From: Eubacteriales bacterium
GTDB taxonomy: Bacteria > Bacillota > Clostridia > Oscillospirales > CAG-272
Length of the DNA stretch: 64,000 nucleotides
Assembly (NCBI GenBank): GCA_045656745.1
Contig: JAZORT010000023.1
Location: 28,901-92,900, forward strand
Reading direction: 5' to 3'
A program made the translations under genes and the position numbers. A model generated the notes under the pieces. It ran no database searches. It was not told where the DNA came from and worked only from the letters and a program-made list of their open reading frames with translations. Shown piece by piece: positions 28,544 to 38,653 of this stretch (positions are counted from its first letter, which is position 1; every line of letters begins with the position of its first letter).

Positions 28544-30178
28544 ATGAAAAACACATTTACCAAAATCGCGCTTCTCGTTCTTTCTCTCGCTCTCCTTGCT
28601 TGCGTTCCCTTCGCAGTAAGTGCTGAGGAGACTTCGAACGAGGTTAAGATCCTTGCAAAGAACGTAATTTACGAGGATCAGATCAGATTAGTATTCGCAG
28701 TAGACGCAACCGTTGAGGAAGCTAACAACGTTAAGGTTGTTTACAAGTGGGGCGAGGATGGCGAAGTTAAGAACGCAGTTCTTCTCGATCCTACCGTTTC
28801 AGTCAACCTTTATAATGACCATCCTGCTTTCGCAATTGACGGCGTTCCCGCAAAGGAGCTTGCAGCTACCGTTTACGTAACTGCTTTTACCGGTGACGCT
28901 CCCGCAGACGATGCAGATTGGCTTACCTATTCCGCAGCAGAGTACTTCTATGCGAAGCTCTACAAGGACGGCTTTATTAACATGACCGAGGCAGACGGCG
29001 ATGACTATAACAGAAAGTGCCTCTACCAGACTCAGCTCGAGCTTGGTAAGTACGCACAGCTCGTTCTTAACTACAACGAAAATCAGCTTGCAACCGATTA
29101 TTCCTATATCTTCACCACTAACGAGAGCGTAAGCTTCGGCGGCAAGAGTACCGCTTTCGGCTACGGCGAGCTTAGCCTTACCGCAACCTCCGAGCTTGCT
29201 ATCTCGGGTTGGACTCTCACCGATATGAACGGAGAAGAAACCACTCTTGAAACCGCTATCCTCACTGCTAAAGGCGTTTATAGCGTAGAGCCTATCTTCG
29301 GCGGTCACGATTGCGCTGATGAAAATCCTGTAGACCACCTCTGTGATTCTTGCGGCGACCCTTTAAGCAGCTGTGCTACTAACGATAACAATCACCTCTG
29401 CGATCTTTGCGGCAAGGTAGCTTCCACTTGTGTTGACGCAGACAAGAACGGTCAGTGCGATGTTTGCTTTGTGTACAATTTCAACGTTGAAAGCATGGCG
29501 CAGTCCGAGCAGTTGAACATCTATAACGTTGCTTGGAACGGACAGGATACTACCGTAGAAGATAATTTCTCTTCTACCACGACTCTTACCACGTCTCAGA
29601 ACCGTCCCAGCGGCTTCGACAACGGCGAATGGTTCTGCCTTGCTGCCAATCCCACCGACGCTGCCGACACCGTTCTTAGATTCAATTCGATTTACAAGAA
29701 AGATAATACCGAGAAGTCCCACATAACCTTCGCTCCTAATGTTGAGGTTGAAAACGGCGACCTCGTTGTATTCGAGTTTGACTTCTACCATGTCAGCGGC
29801 GCTTCCTCAAAGAACCCCATTCGTTTCTACGATATTTATGCAGACGGTACGGCTTCTGCCGACTACACACCTACCTATACGAATGCGAATAACGTTGCAG
29901 TTTCCATAGGAACAACCAAACCTACGTTTGCTAAGGAAACTTGGGTAAGATACCGCCTCGTTTATAACAACTCTAACGATACTATTTATTGGTATTACAG
30001 CGTTGACGGCGGTGCAACCTATGCGTTTGCCGGCACAAACGCTTATAAGGCTGCAAGTGATATAGTTGCTGTCGGATTCAGAGGAAACAACGTATGGAAC
30101 GGCAACTCCACGCTTCTGTTCGACAACATTAAGTGTGTAAAGACTACCGCTGAGGCTTACGGTATCACCCTTAACTAA
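28544..30178 (+). CDS. Cassette 2 secreted protein: shared N-terminal domain, Cys/His-rich repeats, lectin-like module
   Basis: Sec signal ending VSA-EE; 'GVPAKEL...YSAAEYFYAKLY'; HLCDxCG repeats. Confidence 0.85.
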   Translation: MKNTFTKIALLVLSLALLACVPFAVSAEETSNEVKILAKNVIYEDQIRLVFAVDATVEEANNVKVVYKWGEDGEVKNAVLLDPTVSVNLYNDHPAFAIDGVPAKELAATVYVTAFTGDAPADDADWLTYSAAEYFYAKLYKDGFINMTEADGDDYNRKCLYQTQLELGKYAQLVLNYNENQLATDYSYIFTTNESVSFGGKSTAFGYGELSLTATSELAISGWTLTDMNGEETTLETAILTAKGVYSVEPIFGGHDCADENPVDHLCDSCGDPLSSCATNDNNHLCDLCGKVASTCVDADKNGQCDVCFVYNFNVESMAQSEQLNIYNVAWNGQDTTVEDNFSSTTTLTTSQNRPSGFDNGEWFCLAANPTDAADTVLRFNSIYKKDNTEKSHITFAPNVEVENGDLVVFEFDFYHVSGASSKNPIRFYDIYADGTASADYTPTYTNANNVAVSIGTTKPTFAKETWVRYRLVYNNSNDTIYWYYSVDGGATYAFAGTNAYKAASDIVAVGFRGNNVWNGNSTLLFDNIKCVKTTAEAYGITLN

Positions 30179-30231
30179 TATCAGTAAATAAGACTTAAAT
30201 TTATTAGGTTTTATCGATAAAATGTAACTTC

Positions 30232-30269
30232 ATCGCGGCTTTTCGGCAAAACCAAAAGCCGCGATTTTT
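30232..30269 (+). terminator. Intra-operon stem-loop or terminator after the cassette 2 secreted gene
   Basis: ATCGCGGCTTTT...AAAAGCCGCGATTTTT. Confidence 0.6.
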
Positions 30270-30426
30270 AACCAAAGACAGCCTTTCCAAAGTGAAAAGG
30301 CAACATCAACAGCTTGACGGATGCGGTGCTCGTTAGCCGAAAAAGCCCAAACGAAAGCCCCCGTCCCTTTGTGACAGTCTCCCCGAGGGAGGCTAGAGTC
30401 AGAAAGATAATAAGAGAATTAAAGAT

Positions 30427-31710
30427 ATGCATAATAAAAACATTTTGACAAAAGAAAGAATAGACTCTCTTCGAGAAATAAGAAACAAAAAGAGAGAAGA
30501 ATCCTTTGCTGCTCTCGTTCCCGCTATGGGCGAGGAAGCGGTGGAGGAGATAAGAAAAATCTACTCAATGTTTGACGAGAGAATGCTCGTTTGGATGGCA
30601 AACCTTTGGGAGCCTAACATTGGCGGATTTTATTATTCCAATTCCGCAAGAGACCACGAGGGCTTTCTTCCCGACCTTGAGTCCACCCATCAGGCGGTGA
30701 TCTTCATTACCGAGCAGTGCGGACTTGTCTCTAAGGATCAAATGCATATAACTGCAATCCCCGAGAGATTTGCTTCAAAAATGGCAGACTTTGCCTATGA
30801 TCTTCAGGACGAGGACGGCAGCTTCTATCACCCACAGTGGGGTAAAAACATAACCGCAACAAGAAAGGGCAGGGACGGTGCCGCGGCCTGGCGTCTTATC
30901 GAGCCTCTTGGCAGAAAGTGCAAGTATCTTCGCCTTTCACAGCGCCCGAAAAACGAGGAAACAAAGGCGGCATTGCCCGAATTCCTTGCCTCTACCGACA
31001 CACTTTTGGAATGGCTTGAGGGTCAGCGCATAGAAGAGCGCTCCTATCAGTTTGGTCATTATATAAACTCCACCTCAACAAACTTCTTTGTGGCGGGTCA
31101 GGAATACGTTGACACCCTGGTCGCTTGGCTTAACTCCAAAAACCGCGCGGATAACGGACTTTGGGAGCCGCAGGTTAACTACTCTTCGGTAAACGGACTT
31201 ATGAAGCTCAGCCTTTGCTACCCCGGCTTTGGCGCAAAGCTCCCCTATCCCGAAAAATCCTATGAGAGCGCAAGAGCCGCAGTGCTTTCCGATGAGCCTC
31301 TTACCTTTGCCTGCGAATATTACAACGCCTGGGCGGCTGTTAACAACTCCATAAAATCTATGGATGGCGAAATGGCAGAGGCCTACCGCGAAAAGCTCAA
31401 GCAGGATGCCCCCGAAATGATAAGAGTTACGGGCGAAAAAATGGCAAAGTGCAGAGTTGACGACGGAAGCTTTGCTTACTTTACCGCCGAGTCGGGAAAA
31501 GCCTGCCCTCGCTCGCAGGGTGCGCTTGTGGGCCTTGAAAATGTGAGAGAGGGAGACATAAACGGCAACGGTTGCTCGACCAGCGCCCCCTTGCGTCACC
31601 TTTTTGCGGCATTCGGTGTTGAAAAACCCACGATGTTTACCTCTGAGGATGCCGAGCTTATCTTCGAGCTTATGGACAATGCGGTCTCTCCTGTTAAAAA
31701 ACCGCTTTAA
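30427..31710 (+). CDS. Cassette 2 cytoplasmic unknown barrel enzyme
   Basis: GGFYYSNSARD, FLPDLEST, FYHPQWG, RKGRD, VNGLMK and EGDING motifs; no signal peptide. Confidence 0.85.
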   Translation: MHNKNILTKERIDSLREIRNKKREESFAALVPAMGEEAVEEIRKIYSMFDERMLVWMANLWEPNIGGFYYSNSARDHEGFLPDLESTHQAVIFITEQCGLVSKDQMHITAIPERFASKMADFAYDLQDEDGSFYHPQWGKNITATRKGRDGAAAWRLIEPLGRKCKYLRLSQRPKNEETKAALPEFLASTDTLLEWLEGQRIEERSYQFGHYINSTSTNFFVAGQEYVDTLVAWLNSKNRADNGLWEPQVNYSSVNGLMKLSLCYPGFGAKLPYPEKSYESARAAVLSDEPLTFACEYYNAWAAVNNSIKSMDGEMAEAYREKLKQDAPEMIRVTGEKMAKCRVDDGSFAYFTAESGKACPRSQGALVGLENVREGDINGNGCSTSAPLRHLFAAFGVEKPTMFTSEDAELIFELMDNAVSPVKKPL

Positions 31711-31742
31711 CATTCCTTTTTAAAATAAAAGCGAGGAAAATT

Positions 31743-34700
31743 ATGAAAAAAATTCTTTTACTTACACTTTCCCTCCTTCTTATTCTTGCGATGTGCGTTT
31801 CGTGCAACAAGAAGGACGGCGAAACAAAGCCCTCGGACGATACAAATGCTCCGAGCGGTGACAATACCGACACACCTCCGTCGGGCAGCCTTGTCTGGTC
31901 TGAAAATACAAGCACCTTGATATTGGTTAGCGACAGCGATAATTACGGAATTCTCGAGGTTTTGTCAACTCATGTTTACGAAACGTCCGGAAAAATACCC
32001 CAAGTCAAGGGTGAGGATGTGGATGGTAATTACGGCAGAATTATAGTTGGTGACAACGGCTCCGATATTGCGAAAAAGGCTTACAAAAAGCTTGACGATT
32101 ACGCAAATCTCCAGGGTCTTTTCGATTCAAAGAGAAGCGCATGGCTGATTTGGTCGGAAAACGGCACTATCGTTATTGCATACAGTGACCTTCTTGCTAA
32201 AAAGGACGCGATAGACTACATTGCCAAAAATTACACCACCGCGGCTTTCGGCCCCGGTAACGGCACTCTCTCAAAGGCAATATTTGATATTGAAGAATAT
32301 CTCACCGTCTTAAGGGAGACCGAGCAGGCTCCTTATATGCAGGAGCTTGGCGCAATTCTCGGCGCAGACGCTCTTGAAGCCTTTAAAAAGCTTTATTCTA
32401 TTTATGACGAGGACCTTTACGTTTGGCTTGCTAACCTTTGGTGTCCCGATAACGGCGGCTTCTATTATTCCGCCTCTGCGAGAAACAACGAGGGCTTCCT
32501 TCCCGACCTTGAATCTACCGGCCAGGCGCTGAAGATAATGGATAACGCAGGACTTTCGGTGGCTCTTGGCGGCAGCTGGCAGAAAATGCTTCCTAAGGAC
32601 ATTGCCGAAAAGCTGGTTAAGTTTGCATACGATATGCAGGCAGAGGACGGATATTTCTATCATCCCCAGTGGGGCACCGGAATTTCCACCACCAGAAGAG
32701 GCCGTGACGCAGGCTGGGCAAAAACCATTCTTTCGGGTCTTGGCGCAACGCCGAAATATCCTTACCTTAGCGGCATAACGACCCCCACCGCATCGCTCCA
32801 CCTTACCACCTCCCTCAAGGGAGGCTCCTCTGCGGAACTTGTTTCTAAGGTGATGCTAACTGCGGCAAGTAACTCAAAGTATGAATCCGAGGCAAGCTTT
32901 ATTGCCTACCTTGATTCGCTTAAATTTAACGAAAACTCCTATTCTGCGGGTAACGTAATAAACTCCACCACCTCCGAAATCAAGAAGGCGGGATATTGGC
33001 AGACTCTCAGAGATTATCTTACCGAGCATCAGAATCCCGAGAACGGTCTTTGGGAGGACGAGGTAACCTATCAGTCTGTTAACGGCTTAATGAAGCTTTG
33101 CACCTGCTTTGGCTCCTCTTATCCCAATGCTGAAAAGGCTCTCGAGTCGGCAATGCAGATACTTATGCGTCCTATTGACGACGAGCTTACGGGTATAACC
33201 TATGTTTACAACCCCTGGGTTGCTATTGCAAACCTTCTCCACGCGGTAAGCGACGAGACTGAGACTACCCTTCGTCAGATGCTTCGCGATAACGCAAAGG
33301 AAATATTCCTTATGACTGCCGAAAAGCTCTCTGCTTTTGCAAAGGATGACGGCGGCTTCTCCTACCTTAGAGATTATTCCTCTCCCTTCTCTCAGGACTC
33401 GCTCGTTGCAGTCAGCGGAAGCGTTGAGAGTGATGTAAATGCTACTACTATCGCTATCTCTACCGTTGTGCGTTATATGGAAGAGGTATTCGACCTTAAA
33501 TTCCCCCCTCTTTACTCAAGATACGAGGGAATCTATTTCGTAGATACCCTTACAAGCATGGGTACTATCATAAAGGACAGCCTTCTTGCCAAGGACCCCG
33601 AGGTTATCACCTTTGACGAATACGAAGATGATGACATTAAGGTCGACGCCAATGTTGTAACCAATCCTCACCCCGCTGTCGAAAACAGAATAGGTGATGC
33701 TGAGACCGACGGCAGCGAATATATCTGGTTTGAGGCAGCCCTTGTTCCCAACCCCAAAAAGGAGGCGGGCAACACCGACTATGTACTCTACGCGGGTGAT
33801 AAGACAAGACCCGAGGACAGCGGATACGATAAGCTTGTTGCAGAAACTGCAAGCTCTACCATATTTAACATTACCAACCTGGGCGCACCCGGAAACTGTT
33901 ACGTTTTCGAGGCAGATATGCTCTTCGGCGGCAGCGAAAGCAGCACAAGCCCCGTAGCTCAGCTTAACTTTGTAAGGGATACCGGCTCTGACCCCCTTAT
34001 CTCTGCTTGGGTAGACTTCTATCAGTACACGAGAGGTGGTCAGAATTACCTCAGAATTCAGGAATACTTCGCAGGTGCTGACGGCGTTAAGGATACCGAG
34101 GTCGTTGCGGGACTTCCCGTTGACGATTGGTTCAAGCTCCGCATCGAGATGTATAAGGATTACTCCGGCGAGGGCGGCGAGCTTAAAATAATGCTCAAAT
34201 TCTTCGTTAACGACAAGTTCGTAGGCATCTCCGACTCGGGTCACTACCAGAAGGGCGCATACAAGGACTTCCTTGTTAACGCAGTTAAGCTCTCTTATTA
34301 CAGACACGCAGCATCTTCCTTCTATCTTGACAACATCTATGTTGCAAAGAAGAATCTTACCTATGAGCTTGGTAAGTATGAGTCTGACGCGGTTGAAAGA
34401 CCCGTTAGCGACAAGAAGGTTTATGACTTTAATGACGGACTTATTCCCAACGGTCCCGACATCTGGACCGAGATGTACTACCGTAACGAGGACGGCGAGC
34501 AGGTTATGATGAACGCTGCCGATTGGACCAACGACCTTGATTCTCAGTTCGGCGGCTCCAAGGGTCCCGGCGCAAAGGTTTATATTGCAGACGACCCCGA
34601 GAGCGCGGCAAATAAGGTGCTTCGCGCATATTCCTTCAACACCAAGACCTCTTCCTATAAGGCAACAATGCATGTTGACGGAATGTTAACGAAGGAGGGA

Positions 34701-37364
34701 GCCGACACTTGGGAGGTAGAGTTTGACTACTACTTTGACAAGATCTCTTGGATCTACTCCAAAAACTTCTTCACCCTCGCATTCTGTAACGAAAACGGCA
34801 GTACGATGACTGCTATTAACTTCAACGGACTTAACTGGGACGATTCTCACAATACCGAGGTTCTCGGCATTGCTCTTAGTGACGGAACTACTCTTGAAAA
34901 CTTCGTTATTTACGATGCAACCTGGTACACCTTCAAGGTGGTTTATCACCACAACGAGACCAATCCCGCCGAGTCTATGCTTCTTATCTACGTTCTCGGT
35001 ACCGACGGATACCAGTGTATCGCAAATACCGCGGTAAGCAGTAAGTTCGGCGCAGTAAGCGGTGTTGACCTTGTGTTCCAGTGCTATGACATCAGAGGAA
35101 CTCAGTATATCGACGACCTTTCGGTTTCTATAACCGATACCGCCTACGTTTACGATAAGCCTATCGAGGGCGAGATAGAAATTCCCGTTCCCGAGGATAA
35201 CAAGATCTACGTTGAAGGCTCTCAGAGAGGAAACGGCGTATATTATGAAAATGCCGAAAGATATACCGCGGCGTCTCACGCCGAGCTTATCAAAAACGGC
35301 ATTATGGCAAAAAACACAAAGCGCGGCGACGGTATTGGCGACGGCAACCGTGAGCTTGAATTCGTTAATGTTGACGGCGGTTACGCCCTCTCTTACACAT
35401 CCACCGGCAGCGGCAACCACGCGCTCAACTTTGTATCAAAGGCTCCCGCAATAGACGGCTTCGTCTTCGAAACCGACATAAAGCTTTCGGGCGTTGATAC
35501 CGAGGAGGGCAGAGACATTCGCTTTACGGGTACTGCGACCAACGGTACTGCTGACTCGGGTCTCTACGCCTTCAACCTTAAATTCCATAAGAACCCCAAT
35601 GACAGAAGCGGCGGTTACATCGTTACTATACAGAACAACGAGCAGAAGGTCGTTATAAAGGACGACGTATGGGTAAACGTTCGCCTCGTTGCAGAGGGAA
35701 CAAAGGAAAACTCTCCTCTCAAGCTTTATATCAACGGCACGATGGTTGTTGAAAGCACTCTTAACGCAGATATTTCTACCATAAAGGGCGTTGAGCTTTA
35801 CACTCCTTCGACCTACAACGGCCACGGCTGGGAGCAGGGTACCGTTTACCTTGATAACACCTATGTTTCGGGTACCGGCGTTTACGTTCCTCCTCCCACC
35901 TTTACCGAGGAATCGAGAGGCGAGGGTAAGAACGCAGGAAGCGCAATCACCTATGAGGGAACAACCTATGACGACCTTGTCAATGGCGGTTATATGGCAA
36001 AGAACACCTCAAGAGGCGACGGAATTGAGGCAGGCAACAGAACACTTGAGCTTAAAGATGTTGACGGCGGTAATGCACTCGTTTATTCGGCTCTTGCCAG
36101 CGGAAACCACTCAATAAACTTCAAGAATGAAAACGATCCTCACTACGGCTTCCTCTTCGAAACCGACATTAAGCTTAACGGTATTAACAACTCGGACTCC
36201 AGAAAAGTAACCTTTGTGGGAACTAACTCAAACGGCACAAATAATGCAGGACTTTGGGGCGTTAACATCGGCTTCTATAAGAATACCGAGACCGAGGACG
36301 GCGGTTATATTGTAACCGTTGGCGGTGCTGAGGACGATTGGAAGGGCATTATCGCGGAGGATACCTGGGTAAATATCCGCTTTGAGTCCACCTCTCTTGC
36401 ACAGGACGGCGCATTCAGCTTCTACATCAACGGTGAAAAGGTTTGCGACGGCGCCCTTACCTCGGCTATCACCTCAATTAAGGGTATCGAGCTTTATACT
36501 CCTTCAACCTCGGGCGGCGAGGGCTTTGTCAGCGGTTCGATAAGCCTTGATAACACCTATGTTACCGGTACAAACGCGCCCGTAGAAGAGATTACCTCCA
36601 CCTCCAGAGGCGAGGGTCTGGGCGTTGATAAGGCTATAAGCTATGACGGCACAACCTACGATGAGCTTCTTGCAGGCGGTAGAATTCTCGAAAACACTTA
36701 TAGAAAAGACGGTGTTTTGGATGGACACAGAACTCTTTCTCTTGTAGATGTTGACGGCAACACAGCTCTCAAGTATTCTTCTATCGGCAGCGGCAACCAC
36801 GCAATCGACTTTGACATTGACGGCAAGGTTGAAGAGGGTCTTGTCTTTGAGACCGATATAATGCTCGAGGGAATTGACGCAAGCTTTGAAAGACCGATCA
36901 CCTTCTACGGCACATCCAACGGCGGCAGCGGAAACGTTGACGTTTGGAGCTTTGCTATCAAGCTTTGCGCTAACCCCGTAAAGACCCAGGGCGGTACATA
37001 TCTTCAGATTGCGGGAAGCTCTTTCCATATAGTTATTCCCGATAACACCTGGATAAACCTCCGCGTTGAGTTCAAGGGAACAAAGATGGGCGACAGATTT
37101 GATATCTATATTAACGGCGAATATGTTGATATGGGACATCTGTCCGGCTCTATCTCGGCAATGACCGCAGTTGAGCTTTACACCCAGTCCACCCTTAATG
37201 GCAATCAGGGTATGGAAAACGGCTCTATCTATCTCGATAACACCTATATCTACGGTATCGAGGCAGAAGGACAGCCCGAAAATCCCACGCCCGACACTCC
37301 TAATCCCGAGCAGGGAACAGGCTCCAGCAGCGGCAATTTGGACGGCGAGGGCTGGGAAGACTAA
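31743..37364 (+). CDS. Cassette 2 giant lipoprotein (1873 aa): barrel enzyme domain, five beta-rich modules, acidic Trp tail
   Basis: Lipobox CVSC, conserved barrel motifs, three ~230-aa C-terminal repeats, ends GSSSGNLDGEGWED. Confidence 0.88.
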   Translation: MKKILLLTLSLLLILAMCVSCNKKDGETKPSDDTNAPSGDNTDTPPSGSLVWSENTSTLILVSDSDNYGILEVLSTHVYETSGKIPQVKGEDVDGNYGRIIVGDNGSDIAKKAYKKLDDYANLQGLFDSKRSAWLIWSENGTIVIAYSDLLAKKDAIDYIAKNYTTAAFGPGNGTLSKAIFDIEEYLTVLRETEQAPYMQELGAILGADALEAFKKLYSIYDEDLYVWLANLWCPDNGGFYYSASARNNEGFLPDLESTGQALKIMDNAGLSVALGGSWQKMLPKDIAEKLVKFAYDMQAEDGYFYHPQWGTGISTTRRGRDAGWAKTILSGLGATPKYPYLSGITTPTASLHLTTSLKGGSSAELVSKVMLTAASNSKYESEASFIAYLDSLKFNENSYSAGNVINSTTSEIKKAGYWQTLRDYLTEHQNPENGLWEDEVTYQSVNGLMKLCTCFGSSYPNAEKALESAMQILMRPIDDELTGITYVYNPWVAIANLLHAVSDETETTLRQMLRDNAKEIFLMTAEKLSAFAKDDGGFSYLRDYSSPFSQDSLVAVSGSVESDVNATTIAISTVVRYMEEVFDLKFPPLYSRYEGIYFVDTLTSMGTIIKDSLLAKDPEVITFDEYEDDDIKVDANVVTNPHPAVENRIGDAETDGSEYIWFEAALVPNPKKEAGNTDYVLYAGDKTRPEDSGYDKLVAETASSTIFNITNLGAPGNCYVFEADMLFGGSESSTSPVAQLNFVRDTGSDPLISAWVDFYQYTRGGQNYLRIQEYFAGADGVKDTEVVAGLPVDDWFKLRIEMYKDYSGEGGELKIMLKFFVNDKFVGISDSGHYQKGAYKDFLVNAVKLSYYRHAASSFYLDNIYVAKKNLTYELGKYESDAVERPVSDKKVYDFNDGLIPNGPDIWTEMYYRNEDGEQVMMNAADWTNDLDSQFGGSKGPGAKVYIADDPESAANKVLRAYSFNTKTSSYKATMHVDGMLTKEGADTWEVEFDYYFDKISWIYSKNFFTLAFCNENGSTMTAINFNGLNWDDSHNTEVLGIALSDGTTLENFVIYDATWYTFKVVYHHNETNPAESMLLIYVLGTDGYQCIANTAVSSKFGAVSGVDLVFQCYDIRGTQYIDDLSVSITDTAYVYDKPIEGEIEIPVPEDNKIYVEGSQRGNGVYYENAERYTAASHAELIKNGIMAKNTKRGDGIGDGNRELEFVNVDGGYALSYTSTGSGNHALNFVSKAPAIDGFVFETDIKLSGVDTEEGRDIRFTGTATNGTADSGLYAFNLKFHKNPNDRSGGYIVTIQNNEQKVVIKDDVWVNVRLVAEGTKENSPLKLYINGTMVVESTLNADISTIKGVELYTPSTYNGHGWEQGTVYLDNTYVSGTGVYVPPPTFTEESRGEGKNAGSAITYEGTTYDDLVNGGYMAKNTSRGDGIEAGNRTLELKDVDGGNALVYSALASGNHSINFKNENDPHYGFLFETDIKLNGINNSDSRKVTFVGTNSNGTNNAGLWGVNIGFYKNTETEDGGYIVTVGGAEDDWKGIIAEDTWVNIRFESTSLAQDGAFSFYINGEKVCDGALTSAITSIKGIELYTPSTSGGEGFVSGSISLDNTYVTGTNAPVEEITSTSRGEGLGVDKAISYDGTTYDELLAGGRILENTYRKDGVLDGHRTLSLVDVDGNTALKYSSIGSGNHAIDFDIDGKVEEGLVFETDIMLEGIDASFERPITFYGTSNGGSGNVDVWSFAIKLCANPVKTQGGTYLQIAGSSFHIVIPDNTWINLRVEFKGTKMGDRFDIYINGEYVDMGHLSGSISAMTAVELYTQSTLNGNQGMENGSIYLDNTYIYGIEAEGQPENPTPDTPNPEQGTGSSSGNLDGEGWED

Positions 37365-37402
37365 CCCTTAAAAAAACAAAAAAACGCCTTCGGGCAAAAA
37401 GG

Positions 37403-37430
37403 GCGAGGATACCGTTTTGCGGTATCCTCG
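37403..37430. terminator. Probable bidirectional terminator
   Basis: CGAGGATACCG-TTTTG-CGGTATCCTCG between convergent genes. Confidence 0.6.
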
Positions 37431-37437
37431 TCTGTCA

Positions 37438-38310
37438 TTATATGTTTTTTTGAAGCCTTTTTTCCCTTGATACACCCGTCATTTTTGCGCGGTATTCGGA
37501 GGGAGATGTGCCGTATTGCTTCTTAAAGGAGCGGTTAAAGTAGGAAATGTTGTTAAATCCGCACTCCAGTGCAATTTCTATTATTCTTTCGTCTGTTTTT
37601 ATCAGCATTTCCTCCGCGCGAATGAGCTTTTGCCTTTGGTTATACTCGGCGTAGCTCATACCAACCTCCTGCTTGAAAAGACGGCCGATATATTTTTCGT
37701 TTTTTTGATAGGTTTTTGCAAATTCGGCAAGAGAGGTCTCGGTTTGGTAAAGCTCGTCGGCGTGGCGCTTCATAAGATAAACCAGCCAGTGCATCTCGTG
37801 CTTTGGCTTAGGCGCGTTTTTGTCAAGATATAAAAGATAGTCCTTAACGAGCTCCCCAATCCTAAAAAGCTCCTCGGGGGTGTCGATATGTTCGCAGTTT
37901 TCAAGCTCCGAGATAAGCATTTTTTCGTCAGCGCCTGAGCGGGAGCAGGTCCTTTTTATAATTTCGACCGATTTTTCCTTGTCTATAACCGCGTTGCCGA
38001 CATAAATAACCGCGCAAACACCTCCGTTTGTTAAAACGGGGACGGCAATCTCAAAAATGCCGTAAATGCAGTGACCGCAAAAGGGCTCCTTTTCCGAAAC
38101 CGCCTTGGCGTTGGCAAAGGTCTTGCATTTTAGGCAGGGTCTGCCCTTTGATGCCGATTTTGCTATGGCGCAGTATTTTTTCGTATGCACGATGTTATCC
38201 AATTCAAGCTTTGTATAAGGGCTGTCGGTAATTCCCGAAAGGTCAAGGACACTAATGTGGATATTGCGCCCCCTTGTCAGCTCGTCAATCAAAAATTGAA
38301 GTGTTTGCAT
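37438..38310 (-). CDS. AraC regulator with PocR-like sensory domain
   Basis: 'YCAIAKS...CLKC...CIYGIFEIAVPV...VIYVG' is PocR-like; C-terminal AraC HTH; divergent from cassette 3. Confidence 0.88.
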   Translation of the reverse strand: MQTLQFLIDELTRGRNIHISVLDLSGITDSPYTKLELDNIVHTKKYCAIAKSASKGRPCLKCKTFANAKAVSEKEPFCGHCIYGIFEIAVPVLTNGGVCAVIYVGNAVIDKEKSVEIIKRTCSRSGADEKMLISELENCEHIDTPEELFRIGELVKDYLLYLDKNAPKPKHEMHWLVYLMKRHADELYQTETSLAEFAKTYQKNEKYIGRLFKQEVGMSYAEYNQRQKLIRAEEMLIKTDERIIEIALECGFNNISYFNRSFKKQYGTSPSEYRAKMTGVSREKRLQKNI

Positions 38311-38472
38311 AAAACCCTCGAAACCTTTTTTAGTATATTATAACATAAAAGTATCCTTTGTGCAAGTATTTTGTGTCTTTTGTGTTAGATAAAGTTTTTT
38401 ATGAGTGATAAAATTATAATGTAAGCTATTTTTAATCAAAATCAACACCCTATGAAAGGAGAATTTCACGAA

Positions 38473-38613
38473 ATGAAAGAAAAAATAAGCTACACCGAAG
38501 CGCTTATCGAAGTTGTAAGCCTTGAAATTTCGGACATCGTAACCTCCTCGTCAAATTCGGGCGGCAGCTGGGGCGGCTCGGGCGGCAACATAGACCCGGA
38601 CGGCTGGGTTTAA
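38473..38613 (+). CDS. Cassette 3 small peptide (46 aa) MKEKISYTEALIEVVSLEISDIVTSSSNSGGSWGGSGGNIDPDGWV
   Basis: Not in the ORF track. AAAGGAG RBS at 38455-38461; homologous leader; first gene of the operon. Confidence 0.82.
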   Translation: MKEKISYTEALIEVVSLEISDIVTSSSNSGGSWGGSGGNIDPDGWV

Positions 38614-38653
38614 AGCAAAACAACCAAATTTTAAAACTTGAAAGGGTAAAAAA

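Noticed and set aside
29305-29470. Multihaem cytochrome motifs
   Set aside because: The His precedes the CxxC (HxCxxC) and no CxxCH is present.
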